Part shown: positions 20,984 through 30,902 of the stretch, one piece after another
Layout of the letters: every line of letters starts with the position of its first letter
Numbering within the stretch: the first letter of the stretch is position 1
Source of the DNA: Thermoanaerobaculia bacterium
GTDB lineage: Bacteria; Acidobacteriota; Thermoanaerobaculia; UBA5066
Direction of reading: 5' to 3'
Assembly: GCA_963719225.1 (NCBI GenBank)
Contig: CAVRAY010000002.1
Location: 448,001-512,000 of the forward strand
Length of the DNA stretch: 64,000 nucleotides
The notes under the pieces: generated by a model
What the model was told of the DNA's origin: nothing
What the model saw: only the letters and a program-made list of their open reading frames with translations
Database searches by the model: none
Program-made: the position numbers and the translations under genes

Positions 20984-22254
20984 AGCGCGCCGGCGCCGCC
21001 CTCGCGATCCTGCTCGCGGCGGCGGCGTGCGTCCGGGGGCCGGGAACGCGCGCCGTCCGCTTCTGGGGGCTCGGCCGCGAGGGCGAAGTCGTGAAGGAGC
21101 TCCTCCCCGCGTTCCGCGAGCGGTACCCCGACGTCCGCGTGGAGGTCCAGCAGATCCCGTGGACGGCCGCGCACGAGAAGCTCCTGACGGCGTTCGTGGG
21201 CGAGTCGCTTCCCGACGTCGCGCAGATCGGCAACACGTGGCTTCCGGAGTTCCGGACGCTCGGGGCCCTCGAGGACCTCGGCCCGCGCGTCGCGCGCTCC
21301 TCCGTCGTCGCCCCCGAAAGCTACTTTCCCGGGATCTGGGACACGAATCTCGTCGACGGGGTCCTCTGCGGCGTGCCGTGGTACGTCGACACGAGGGTCC
21401 TCTTCTATCGCAAGGACCTCCTGAAGGCCGCCGGCGTCGCGGCGCCGCCGAAGACCTGGGACGAGTGGCTCGACGCGATGCGGAAGGTGAAGGCGCACGG
21501 CGGGCCGGGGCGCTGGGCGGTCCTCCTGCCGACGGACGAATGGGCGCAGCCCGTCATCTTCGGGCTCCAGAAGGGCGCGTCGCTCCTCACGGCGGACGGC
21601 GGCGACGCCGCGTTCCGGACGCGGGAGTTCCGCGAGGCCGCGACCTTTTACGTGAGCCTGTTTCGCGAAGGTCTCGCGCCGGCGCTCGCAAACACGCAGA
21701 TCGCGAACGTCTATCAGGAGTTCGCCGCGGGCGACTTCGCGATGTACGTCACCGGCCCGTGGAACCTCGGGGAGTTCCGGCGGCGCCTCCCCGCGTCGAT
21801 GAAGGACCTCTGGACGACCGCACCCCTGCCCGCGGCAGAGGGTCCCGGCCCAGGCGTCTCCCTCGCCGGCGGATCCAGCCTCGTCCTCTTCCGCACCTCG
21901 AAGCGGGGAGACGACGCCTGGAAGCTCATCGAGTTCCTGTCCGAGCCCGCGCAGCAGGTGCGTTTCTACGCGCTCGCGGGAGATCTCCCGGCCCGAAGGG
22001 ATGCGTGGACGGACCCTCTCCTCTCCGGAGATGCCGAGGCCCGAGCGTTCGAGGCGCAGCTCCATCACGTCGCGGCGACGCCGCGGATTCCCGAATGGGA
22101 GCAGGTAGCCCAGAAGGTCGCCGAGCACCTCGAGCCCGCGATCCGGGGCGTTGCCACCGTGGACGCGGTGCTCGCGTCACTCGACAAGGACGTCTCGGCG
22201 CTCCTCACGAAGCGCCGCTGGGTCCTCGAGAGGAAGGCGGCCCATGCGCGTTGA
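20959..22254 (+). CDS. Sugar ABC transporter substrate-binding protein (lipoprotein)
   Basis: LAAAAC lipobox, QQIPWTAAHEKLLTA, PWYVDTR and SLAGGSSL. Confidence 0.92.
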   Translation: MARARDSLKRAGAALAILLAAAACVRGPGTRAVRFWGLGREGEVVKELLPAFRERYPDVRVEVQQIPWTAAHEKLLTAFVGESLPDVAQIGNTWLPEFRTLGALEDLGPRVARSSVVAPESYFPGIWDTNLVDGVLCGVPWYVDTRVLFYRKDLLKAAGVAAPPKTWDEWLDAMRKVKAHGGPGRWAVLLPTDEWAQPVIFGLQKGASLLTADGGDAAFRTREFREAATFYVSLFREGLAPALANTQIANVYQEFAAGDFAMYVTGPWNLGEFRRRLPASMKDLWTTAPLPAAEGPGPGVSLAGGSSLVLFRTSKRGDDAWKLIEFLSEPAQQVRFYALAGDLPARRDAWTDPLLSGDAEARAFEAQLHHVAATPRIPEWEQVAQKVAEHLEPAIRGVATVDAVLASLDKDVSALLTKRRWVLERKAAHAR

Positions 22255-23146
22255 GGTCCGCGGCGGAAGACCGGCAGAAGTCCGCGCGGCTCTCTTCTTC
22301 CTCGCGCCGGGCCTCTTCGTGATCGTCGTCTTCTTCTTCCTGCCGATCGCGGCGTCCCTCCTCCTCTCGACGACGGACTTCGATCTCTACGCGCTCGCGG
22401 ACCCGTCGAACGCGCGCGTTACGGGCCTCGCGAACTACCGGGCGCTCGTCACGGACCCGGTCTTCCTGACGGCGCTCAAGAACACGCTCGTCTTCGTCCT
22501 CCTCTCGAGCCCGCTCACGGTCGCCGTCGCCCTCGCGGCGGCCCTCCTCGTGAACGCGCGCGTCGCGCGCTTCAAGGGCTTTTTCCGGACGACGTTCTTC
22601 GCGCCCGTCGTCACGACGCTCGTCGCCGTCGCGGTCGTCTTCAAGTACGTCTACCACCCGCGCTTCGGCCTCCTGAACCGTGGGCTCACGCTGCTCGGGC
22701 TCCCGGCCGTCGACTGGCTCGGTGACACGCGCTTCGCGCTCGTCGCGATCGTGATCCTCGGCGTCTGGAAGAACTTCGGGTTCTCGACGATCCTCTTCGT
22801 CGCGGGCCTGCAGGGCATCCCGGAGTCCCTCTACGAAGCGGCGCGCCTCGACGGGGCCGGGCGCTGGCAGCAGTTCCGGCGGATCACGCTGCCGCTGCTG
22901 GCGCCGACGATGCTGCTCGTGGGCCTCACGCGCACGATCGATTACTTCCAGCTCTTCGCCGAGCCTTACGTCATGACGTCGGGCGGGCCGCTCAACGCGA
23001 CGCTCACGATGGCGCTCCTCATGTACAAGGAAGGCTTCCGGTTCTGGAACATGGGGCGCGGAGCCGCGATCGCGTTCGTCCTCTTCGGCGTCATCCTCGT
23101 CGCGACGCTCGTCCAGTTCCGCTTGCAGAAGGGAGGGGAGTCGTGA
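22244..23146 (+). CDS. Carbohydrate ABC permease (MalF-like)
   Basis: LYEAARLDGAGRWQQFRRITLP EAA loop; ATG at 22244 overlaps the end of the SBP gene. Confidence 0.93.
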   Translation: MRVEVRGGRPAEVRAALFFLAPGLFVIVVFFFLPIAASLLLSTTDFDLYALADPSNARVTGLANYRALVTDPVFLTALKNTLVFVLLSSPLTVAVALAAALLVNARVARFKGFFRTTFFAPVVTTLVAVAVVFKYVYHPRFGLLNRGLTLLGLPAVDWLGDTRFALVAIVILGVWKNFGFSTILFVAGLQGIPESLYEAARLDGAGRWQQFRRITLPLLAPTMLLVGLTRTIDYFQLFAEPYVMTSGGPLNATLTMALLMYKEGFRFWNMGRGAAIAFVLFGVILVATLVQFRLQKGGES

Positions 23147-23964
23147 GGCGGCCCGGCGCCGCTCTCGCCGTGAACGCGCTTCTCACGGTCGGAGCGGCGT
23201 TGACGCTCGCCCCGCTCCTCTGGATGATCTCGGCCTCCGTGATGCCCACGGGCGAGGCGAGCTCCTTCCCGCCGGGCTTCATCCCGAGCCGGATCACGTT
23301 CGAGCACTACCGCGATCTCTTCCAGAGGCTCTCGCTCGGCCGCGCGTTCGGAAGCAGCCTCCTCCTCGCGTCCTCGGTCACGTTCTGCTCGGTGATCCTG
23401 AACTCGATGGCCGGCTACGCGTTCGCGAAGCTCCGCTTTCCCGGGCGCGACCGGCTGTTCCGGCTCCTCCTCCTCGGCATGGTCATCCCCGTCCAGATCG
23501 CCATGCTCCCGCTCTTCCTTCTCATGCGCTCCCTGGGCCTCGTGAACACGTACGCCGGCGTCGTGATTCCGACCGCCGCCGGCATCTTCGGAATCTTTCT
23601 CGTCCGGCAGTTCGCGCGGTCCATCCCGGACGAGCTCCTCGACGCGGCGCGCGTCGACGGTGCGAGCGAGTGGAAGATCTACCGGCGCCTCGTCCTGCCG
23701 CTCCTCAAGCCGGTCCTCGTGACGCTCGGCGTCTTCATGTTCCTCGGAACGTGGAACGACTTCCTGTGGCCTCTCGTCGTCCTGACCGATGACACGAAGT
23801 ACACGCTACCCGTCGCGCTCGCGAACCTCGTGGGGGAGCATGCCCAGGACACGGAGCTCATGATGGCGGGCTCGGTGCTGACGGTTCTCCCCGTGCTCCT
23901 CCTGTTCCTCGGGCTGCAGAGGGCGTACATCGAAGGCATCACGGCCGGCGGGATCAAGGAATGA
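23143..23964 (+). CDS. Carbohydrate ABC permease (MalG-like)
   Basis: IPDELLDAARVDGA and WNDFLWPL. Confidence 0.93.
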   Translation: MRRPGAALAVNALLTVGAALTLAPLLWMISASVMPTGEASSFPPGFIPSRITFEHYRDLFQRLSLGRAFGSSLLLASSVTFCSVILNSMAGYAFAKLRFPGRDRLFRLLLLGMVIPVQIAMLPLFLLMRSLGLVNTYAGVVIPTAAGIFGIFLVRQFARSIPDELLDAARVDGASEWKIYRRLVLPLLKPVLVTLGVFMFLGTWNDFLWPLVVLTDDTKYTLPVALANLVGEHAQDTELMMAGSVLTVLPVLLLFLGLQRAYIEGITAGGIKE

Positions 23965-26900
23965 GACGGGCGGTTGTCCTGCTCGGGGCGCTCGTCACCG
24001 GCGCGGTTTGCGGCCGGGCCGCCGGCACCAGCATCGTCACGGCCGAAGCGTGGAAACCGGTCGCCGCCGCGGGCGTCGACGTCTCGCTTTCGCCCCTCGG
24101 TAAGCCGGGAATTCGAATGACGTACGACTTTCACGGCGGCTCGGGCTGGGCGGGCGTGCGACGGGGCCGGGGGCTCGTGTTTCCGGACGACTGGACGCTC
24201 TCCTTCCGCGTACGCGGCGCCGGGACGCCGAACACGCTCGAGATCAAGTTCCTGGACGCGACGGGCGAGAACGTCTGGTGGGCGCGCCGCGAGCGCTTCG
24301 CGCCTCCCGGTGAGTGGCGGGAGATCCGGGTCCGCAAGAGGCAGGTTTCCTTCGCGTGGGGTCCGGCGGGAGGGGGAGAGCTCCGCCGCGCCGCGGCGCT
24401 CGAGATCGTCCTCTCCGCGGGAGAGGGAGGAAGAGGATTCTTGGAGGTGGAAGAGCCCGTGCTCGCCGCGAGGGAGAAGCTCTCGGCTCTGCCGGAGCCG
24501 AGCGTCGCGCGGACTTCCGAAGGAATCCTCGTCGATCTCCAAGGTCTCCGGGAGCTCTCGGGCCTCGTCGTGGACTGGACTGGGCCGGCCGTCCCTGCGC
24601 GGTTCACTGTCGAGATCTCCGAAGACGGCCACACGTGGACGACCGTCCGGCGCGTCGCGCACGGTGGCGCGCGGCGGACGTGGCTCCATCTTCCCGAGAC
24701 GGAGGCGCGGCTCGTCCGGTTCGTCCTGCCGGCGGGGGACTACGGCCTGCCGCGGATCGACGTGAAGCCGGTCGAGTGGGCGCCCACCGTCAACGACTTC
24801 TTCGCCGCGATCGCGCGCGTGGCGCCGCGGGGCCTGTATCCCCGCGCCTTTCTCGGCGAGCAGACATACTGGACGGTGGCCGGCGTCGATGCCGACACCG
24901 AGGAGGTCCTCGTCGGCGAGGACGGCGCGCTCGAGCCGGGGAAGGGCTCGTTCTCGCTCGAGCCTTTCCTCTTCGCGGACGGCAAGCTCGTGACGTGGGC
25001 CGGCGCCGCGATCTCCCAGTCGCTCGAGAGGGGTGATCTCCCGATCCCGACGGTGACGTGGAAGGCGGGGACGCTCGCACTCGACGTCACGGCGCTCGTG
25101 GACGGGCCGGCCGAGGGTTCCGTCCTCCGCGCGCGCTACCGCGTCCGGAACGCCGGCGCGGGGACGGCGCGCGCGCGGCTCTTCGTCGCCGTGAGGCCGT
25201 TCCTCGTGAACCCGCCCACGCAGTTCCTGAACGCGCCGCACGGCGTCGCGCGGATCGCGTCGCTCTCCTTCAGCGGAGCGACCGCTTCCGTCAACGGCAC
25301 GCGCACGATCTCGGCGCTCCCCGCTCCCGATGCGAGCGGCGCCGCCACGTTCGACGAGGGGCCGATTTTGGATTTTCTTCTGAAAGGAAGAGTGCCGGCC
25401 GCACCGGAGATCCGCGACGAGACCGGCCTCGCGTCGGGCGCGTTCGCCTGGAACCTCGAGATCCCCTCCGGCGGCGAGCAAACCGTCGTTCTCGACGCGC
25501 CCCTGCACGCGGGCGCCTCGGTCCCTCTTACCCTTTCTAAGAGAATCTTCGACGACCGTCTCGCTCGCGCATCCGAAGGGTGGGGAGACGCCGTGGACCG
25601 CGTGCGCTTTCGGATTCCCCCTTTCGCAGAATCTCTCGTGGCGACCTTGAAGTCGAACCTCGCGTTCGTCCTCGTGAACCGGGACGGGCCGTGGATCCAG
25701 CCCGGCTCGCGCGCCTACGAGCGCTCCTGGATCCGCGACGGCGCCCTGACGTCGTCGGCGCTTCTCCGGCTCGGGCACGCGAACGAGGTCCGCGAGTTCG
25801 TCCTCGCGTTCGCGGAAAAGCAGTTTCCAGACGGCAGGATCCCGTGCTGCGTGGACGCGCGCGGCGCCGATCCCGTGCCGGAGAACGACAGCCACGGCGA
25901 GTTCCTCTTTCTCGCCGCCGAGTACTTCCGCTTCACGAAAGACGCCGCGACGCTCGGCACGCTGTGGCCTCGAATCGAGAAGACCGTGGCCGCGCTCGAC
26001 GCGCTAAGGAAACAGCGTCTCACGCGCGCCTACGAGACGCAGGAGAAACGCGCGTTCCGAGGGCTCCTCCCCGAGTCGATCAGCCACGAGGGGTATTCCG
26101 ACAAGCCGGTCCACTCGTACTGGGACGACGTCTTCGCGCGGAAGGGCCTCGCCGACGCGGCGGAGCTGGCGGTCGCGCTCGGGCACGAGGACGAGGCCCG
26201 CGGCTTCGCGGCGATTCGAGATGCGTTCGAGGCGGACCTCCTGGCTTCGATTGCGCGCACGATCGAAGAAAACAATCTCGACACCCTCCCGGCTTCGGTC
26301 GAGAAGCACGATTTCGACCCGACCTCGACGACGGCGGCTCTCGCGCCGTGCGGCCTGCAGGAGAAGCTGCCCCGGGCCGAGCTTCTTCGCACGTTCGACC
26401 GCTACGTCAGAGAGGCGCGCGAGCGGCGCGACGGGACGCGGACCTGGGACGCCTACACGCCGTACGAGCTGCGCACGGTCGGCGCGCTCGTGAGGCTCGG
26501 CCGCGTGGCCGAGGCCCACGAGATGCTCGCGTTTTTCCTGAAGGACCGCCGGCCCGCCGCCTGGAACGGGTGGGCGGAACTCGTCGGCCGCGATCCGCGC
26601 GCGCCGCGCTTCATCGGCGACATGCCGCACACGTGGGTCGGAACGGACTTCATCCGTTCGTTCCTCGACTTCTTCGCGATCGAGCGCGAGGCCGGTGACA
26701 CGCGCGGCGCGTCGCTTCTCCTCGGGGCGGGGCTGCCGGAGGAATGGGTGCGCGCGCCGGGAGGCGCCGGCGTGGAGGGGCTTCGGACGATCTACGGGCC
26801 GCTGAACCTCTCCGTCTCGGCGTCGGGAGGTGAAGTTCGCGCGCGAATCGCCGGCGTGCACGTTCCCGCCGGCGGCCTCGCGCTCGCGTGGCCGCTCGCC

Positions 26901-27002
26901 GGCGTTCCACGAGTCGCGACCGTGAACGGAAGGCCGGCCGGAATCCGGCGCGGAGAAATCCTCGTCGACGAAGTCCCCGCCGAGGTCCTCGCCCACCCAT
27001 GA
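23961..27002 (+). CDS. Secreted CBM-like/discoidin + (alpha/alpha)6-barrel glycoside hydrolase-like protein
   Basis: Signal peptide, N-terminal beta-sandwich modules (ISEDGHTWTTV), and a C-terminal QPGSRAYERSWIRDG, ENDSHGE, PESISHEGY, HSYWDD, GDMPHTWV region. Confidence 0.75.
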   Translation: MRRAVVLLGALVTGAVCGRAAGTSIVTAEAWKPVAAAGVDVSLSPLGKPGIRMTYDFHGGSGWAGVRRGRGLVFPDDWTLSFRVRGAGTPNTLEIKFLDATGENVWWARRERFAPPGEWREIRVRKRQVSFAWGPAGGGELRRAAALEIVLSAGEGGRGFLEVEEPVLAAREKLSALPEPSVARTSEGILVDLQGLRELSGLVVDWTGPAVPARFTVEISEDGHTWTTVRRVAHGGARRTWLHLPETEARLVRFVLPAGDYGLPRIDVKPVEWAPTVNDFFAAIARVAPRGLYPRAFLGEQTYWTVAGVDADTEEVLVGEDGALEPGKGSFSLEPFLFADGKLVTWAGAAISQSLERGDLPIPTVTWKAGTLALDVTALVDGPAEGSVLRARYRVRNAGAGTARARLFVAVRPFLVNPPTQFLNAPHGVARIASLSFSGATASVNGTRTISALPAPDASGAATFDEGPILDFLLKGRVPAAPEIRDETGLASGAFAWNLEIPSGGEQTVVLDAPLHAGASVPLTLSKRIFDDRLARASEGWGDAVDRVRFRIPPFAESLVATLKSNLAFVLVNRDGPWIQPGSRAYERSWIRDGALTSSALLRLGHANEVREFVLAFAEKQFPDGRIPCCVDARGADPVPENDSHGEFLFLAAEYFRFTKDAATLGTLWPRIEKTVAALDALRKQRLTRAYETQEKRAFRGLLPESISHEGYSDKPVHSYWDDVFARKGLADAAELAVALGHEDEARGFAAIRDAFEADLLASIARTIEENNLDTLPASVEKHDFDPTSTTAALAPCGLQEKLPRAELLRTFDRYVREARERRDGTRTWDAYTPYELRTVGALVRLGRVAEAHEMLAFFLKDRRPAAWNGWAELVGRDPRAPRFIGDMPHTWVGTDFIRSFLDFFAIEREAGDTRGASLLLGAGLPEEWVRAPGGAGVEGLRTIYGPLNLSVSASGGEVRARIAGVHVPAGGLALAWPLAGVPRVATVNGRPAGIRRGEILVDEVPAEVLAHP

Positions 27003-29386
27003 CGGAAGCGGCTCGTCTCGGCGCCGGCCTGTACGGCCGCTTCTCGGAAGACGGCCGGGAATACGTCATCACCGACCCGAGGACGCCGCGCCCGTGGGCC
27101 AACGTCGTCGCGAACCCGCACGCCGGATTCGTCGTCAGCCAGACGGGGAGCGGTTTCTCGTTCGTCGAGAATTCGCAGCTCGGCGCCGTGACGCGCTGGC
27201 GGCAGGATCTCGTCGAGGATCTGTCTGGAAAGTTCCTCTATGTGAAGGACACGGAGGGCGGGGAGCTCTGGTCCCTGTCGCCCGCGCCGGTCTGGGCGCC
27301 CTTCGATTCCTTCGCGTGCCGGCACGGCCTGGGCTACACGACGTTCGAGACGACGCGGTCCGGCGTCGAAGCGGGCTGGACCCTCTTCTGCCACGGGGAA
27401 GAGATGGCCGAGATCTGGCGCGTGTCCCTGAAGAACGTGTCGGGCCGGCCGCGACGCCTGCGGCTCTGGGGTACTCTCGAATGGTGCTGCGGCGTCGCGC
27501 CATCCCCGCGGCGCGAGTTCACGAAGCTCTTCCTCGAGACGAGGTTCGACGAAGGCCGCCGCGCGATCGTCGCGCGAAACCACATGTGGGAGGTGCCGTC
27601 CGAGCGGTTCGGACACTGGAACACGAGCTTTCCCTTCGTCAGCGCCTTTTCGGCGTCCGAAGCCGTCGTCTCGGCTCACGGCGACAAGGCGGTGTTCCAG
27701 GGCCGGTACGGCAGCCTCCGCGCTCCCGCGGCGCTGCTCGGACACGGTGGGCCGCCGGCGTTCGGGCGGCACGAGGACCCGATCGCGGCGCTCGAGGTCG
27801 AGGTCGCCCTCGCGCCCGGCGAGACGCGGACCATCGGCTTCGCGCTCGCGACTTCCGACTCGGAGGAAAAGGCGATCGCGCTCGGATCCCGCTTCGTGAA
27901 GGACGAGGAGAGCCGCCGCGCTCTCGAGGACGTGACCGCCGGCTGGCGGACTCGACTCGCGGCGCACCGCATGGAGACGCCCGACCCGACGTTCGACGCC
28001 GTTGCCAACGACTGGATTCGTTACCAGGCGATCGCGGCGAGGCTCTGGGGTCGCTGCGGCTATTACCAGCAGAGCGGCGCCTTCGGCTTCCGCGACCAGC
28101 TCCAGGACTCGCAGGTCTGGCTGACGATCGATCCCGCGAAGTGCCGCGATCAGATCCGCCTCCACGCGGGCCACCAGTTCCGGGACGGCTCGGTCTTCCA
28201 CTGGTGGCACCCGCTCACCGAGCAGGGCCTCGTCACGAAGATGACGGACGACCTCCTCTGGCTCGCTTTCGTGTCGGCGAGCTACATGAAGGAGACCGGC
28301 GACTTCTCGATCCTCGACGACGAGGCGCCGTTTCTCGACGACGGGGACCCGTTTGCCCTGAAAGAGCACGTTGCGCGCGTGTTCCAGCGGGTCTTCACGC
28401 GGACGAGCCCTCGCGGCATCCCGCTCATCGGGGCCGGAGACTGGAACGACGGCCTCTCCGCGATGGGCCTCCTCGAGAAGGGCGAGTCGGTCTGGCTCGG
28501 CCACTTCCTCGCGGGCCTCCTCGCCGACTGGAGCGAGATCCACCGTCGCACGGGAGCGCCCGCGCTCGCGGACGATTTCTCCGCGCGGCGGATCGCCCTC
28601 GTCGCCGCCCTCAACGAACACGGTTGGGACGGAAGCTGGTATTCGCGGGGGACTCTCGACGACGGCTCGGTCCTCGGAAGCGCGAGGAACCGCGTGGGGA
28701 AGATCTTCCTCAACGCGCAGACGTGGGCGATCCTGAGCGACGTCGCGCCGCCCGACCGGGCGGCGGCCTGCCTCGCGGCGGTGAAGAAGCACCTCGTGAC
28801 CGAGGCCGGTTCGCTCCTGCTCGCGCCCGCATTCGACCGGCCTGTTCCCGGGATCGGCTACATCACGCGTTACGGGCCCGGACTCCGCGAGAACGGAGGC
28901 GTCTACACACACGCAGCCACGTGGGCGATCGCCGCGGCGGCCAAGGCGAAGGACGCCGCGCTCGTCGAGAAGCTCCTCGTCGCGATCCATCCGGGGAACA
29001 AGGACCCCGAACGCTACGTCGCCGAGCCGTACGTCCTGCCGGGCAACGTGGACGGGCCCGCGTCGCCTCACCACGGGCGTGCCGGGTGGACGTGGTACAC
29101 CGGCTCGGCCGCGTGGCTTCACCGCGTCGTGGCGGAATGGGTCTTCGGCGTGCGGCCCGGATGGGATTCCCTGGCGATCGACCCGTGTCTCCCGCCGTCG
29201 TGGAGCCGCGCGCGGATGGTCCGGCCCTGGCGCGGAGGGACGCTCGAGATCGAGATCGCGAGGGGAGAACCCGCCGCCGGCGCCGACGTGTCGGTCGCGG
29301 TCGACGGCGCCCTTCTCGCGACGAACGTCCTCGCGCCGCCGGAACGGCCCCGTGGCGCGCGCCGCGTCGTGGTGACGGTCCGGTAG
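26999..29386 (+). CDS. GH94 glycoside phosphorylase
   Basis: TPRPWANV, YQQSGAFGFRDQLQD, GDWNDGL (catalytic Asp), ENGGVYTHA, EPYVLP and WYTGSAAW; ATG at 26999 overlaps the upstream TGA. Confidence 0.93.
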   Translation: MTEAARLGAGLYGRFSEDGREYVITDPRTPRPWANVVANPHAGFVVSQTGSGFSFVENSQLGAVTRWRQDLVEDLSGKFLYVKDTEGGELWSLSPAPVWAPFDSFACRHGLGYTTFETTRSGVEAGWTLFCHGEEMAEIWRVSLKNVSGRPRRLRLWGTLEWCCGVAPSPRREFTKLFLETRFDEGRRAIVARNHMWEVPSERFGHWNTSFPFVSAFSASEAVVSAHGDKAVFQGRYGSLRAPAALLGHGGPPAFGRHEDPIAALEVEVALAPGETRTIGFALATSDSEEKAIALGSRFVKDEESRRALEDVTAGWRTRLAAHRMETPDPTFDAVANDWIRYQAIAARLWGRCGYYQQSGAFGFRDQLQDSQVWLTIDPAKCRDQIRLHAGHQFRDGSVFHWWHPLTEQGLVTKMTDDLLWLAFVSASYMKETGDFSILDDEAPFLDDGDPFALKEHVARVFQRVFTRTSPRGIPLIGAGDWNDGLSAMGLLEKGESVWLGHFLAGLLADWSEIHRRTGAPALADDFSARRIALVAALNEHGWDGSWYSRGTLDDGSVLGSARNRVGKIFLNAQTWAILSDVAPPDRAAACLAAVKKHLVTEAGSLLLAPAFDRPVPGIGYITRYGPGLRENGGVYTHAATWAIAAAAKAKDAALVEKLLVAIHPGNKDPERYVAEPYVLPGNVDGPASPHHGRAGWTWYTGSAAWLHRVVAEWVFGVRPGWDSLAIDPCLPPSWSRARMVRPWRGGTLEIEIARGEPAAGADVSVAVDGALLATNVLAPPERPRGARRVVVTVR

Positions 29387-29400
29387 GCTCGGCGCCCTGT

Positions 29401-29426
29401 TAACCGTTCCCGCAGCCGGAGCGTCT
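29401..29426 (+). promoter_or_regulatory. Putative autoregulatory ECF promoter (TAAC-N17-CGTCT)
   Basis: AAC/CGT boxes at ECF spacing directly upstream of the operon that encodes the ECF sigma factor. Confidence 0.6.
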
Positions 29427-29477
29427 CAGGGGTAGCGTCGCATGTGGCGGCGTCTGGAACCTCGAAGGGAGTCACAA

Positions 29478-29963
29478 ATGAACGAGCTCCACGAAGAGAC
29501 CCTGATGCTTCTCGGCCTCGTCGCCTTCGCGGCGTTTCTCGCGTGGCTCTTCTTCCGGAGGTCCCAGCTCGCTGCCCAGAGAAGCCAGCTCGATCTGGAG
29601 CTCCGGAACCGGCTCGTCGACAAGTTCGCGAACGCGCGGGAGTTTCTCGAATTCGTCGAGACCGAGAAGGGACGAGAACTTTTTCAGGGCCTCGCGCCGC
29701 AGCCGCCACACCCATTCCTGAATCCGATGCGCTTCCTGCAGGCGGGCGTTCTGAGCGTCCTCCTCGGGTGCGCCATCCATCTGAACGCCGGACGCTTCGC
29801 CGGACTCACCGACATCAACTTCGTGAACAAGGTCAGGGACCTCGAGTCGTGGGGAACGCTCTTCGTCGCGGCCGGGATCGGCCAGGCCGTGGCGGCGGCG
29901 ATCGGATACGCGTTCGCGCGAAGGCAGGGGCTTGACGCGCGCCACGACGATCGGAAGGGCTGA
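29478..29963 (+). CDS. Membrane protein (DUF6249-like) preceding ECF sigma
   Basis: Three hydrophobic segments and LVDKFANAREFLEFVETEKG; GGGAG RBS before ATG 29478. Confidence 0.7.
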   Translation: MNELHEETLMLLGLVAFAAFLAWLFFRRSQLAAQRSQLDLELRNRLVDKFANAREFLEFVETEKGRELFQGLAPQPPHPFLNPMRFLQAGVLSVLLGCAIHLNAGRFAGLTDINFVNKVRDLESWGTLFVAAGIGQAVAAAIGYAFARRQGLDARHDDRKG

Positions 29964-29983
29964 CGGCGCCTGCGCCGGCGCCC

Positions 29984-30496
29984 ATGGACGAAGATGAGTT
30001 CGAAGCGTTCTACGGCGAGACCCGGCAGGCTCTCCGGTCTTACCTCGTCCGTCTCACGGGGGCTCTCGGCGCGGACGACGTCCTGCAGGACGCCTACATC
30101 CGCTTCTTCAACCACCCGCCCGTGAATCGGGAGGAGCGAGCCATGAAGTCGTACCTCTTCACGATCGCGACGCGCGTCGCCTACGACCGCGGGCGGCGCG
30201 TCGGACGCGAGTCCGCTCCGGACCGTCCCGCCACCACCCAAGCGCGGGTCGCCGACGACCTCGATCTCCGCCGCGACGTCGGCCGCGCCCTCGACGCGCT
30301 CACGGCGCAGGAGCGGAGCCTCGTGTGGCTCGCGCACGTCGACGAGTACGGGCACCGCGAGATCGCGGGAATCCTGGGGCTCGGGGAAAAGAGCGTACGC
30401 GTCCTCCTTTTCCGCGCCCGGCGCCGGCTCGTGGAGACGCTCGAACGCATGGGACTCGGGCCTTCGGTTCGGGGGCCGGCGGAGGGAGGCCGATGA
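29984..30496 (+). CDS. ECF RNA polymerase sigma factor
   Basis: ADDVLQDAYIR and SYLFTIA (region 2); HREIAGILGLGEKSVRVLLFRARRRL (region 4). Confidence 0.93.
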   Translation: MDEDEFEAFYGETRQALRSYLVRLTGALGADDVLQDAYIRFFNHPPVNREERAMKSYLFTIATRVAYDRGRRVGRESAPDRPATTQARVADDLDLRRDVGRALDALTAQERSLVWLAHVDEYGHREIAGILGLGEKSVRVLLFRARRRLVETLERMGLGPSVRGPAEGGR

Positions 30497-30828
30497 GCGA
30501 ATCGCTCGAGTCCCTCTCCCCGTCGGAGATCGAGGTCGTCCGTTCGCTCCGCGACCTCGCGTCCGAAGAGGGAGATGCTGAGCACGCGTATCCGAGCGCG
30601 CGGCTTCTCGTCTTCAAGGCGTCGCTGGCACGCCGGGAAGAGAAGGCCGCCGCCCGTCGGCGGCTGGACCTGGCGCTCCAGGTCGCGACCCTGGCGCTCA
30701 CGCTCGGCGGCGTGTCGCTCGCGGTCGTCGAGAGATGGCCGTTGCCGCAAGGGATGTCGATCTGGGTCCTCGCGGGTCTCGCTTTTCCGGCGGCCCTGTG
30801 GAGCCCGCTGCGCCGTCCGGAGATCTGA
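30493..30828 (+). CDS. Putative membrane anti-sigma factor
   Basis: ATG overlaps the sigma stop (ATGA) after GGAGG; two C-terminal TM segments. Confidence 0.6.
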   Translation: MSESLESLSPSEIEVVRSLRDLASEEGDAEHAYPSARLLVFKASLARREEKAAARRRLDLALQVATLALTLGGVSLAVVERWPLPQGMSIWVLAGLAFPAALWSPLRRPEI

Positions 30829-30902
30829 CCCCGCCGCCGTCCGTTCAACCCGCGACCGTCGTCCCCGAGCTCACCAGACCACCGAAGCAAATTGGAGAAA
30901 CC

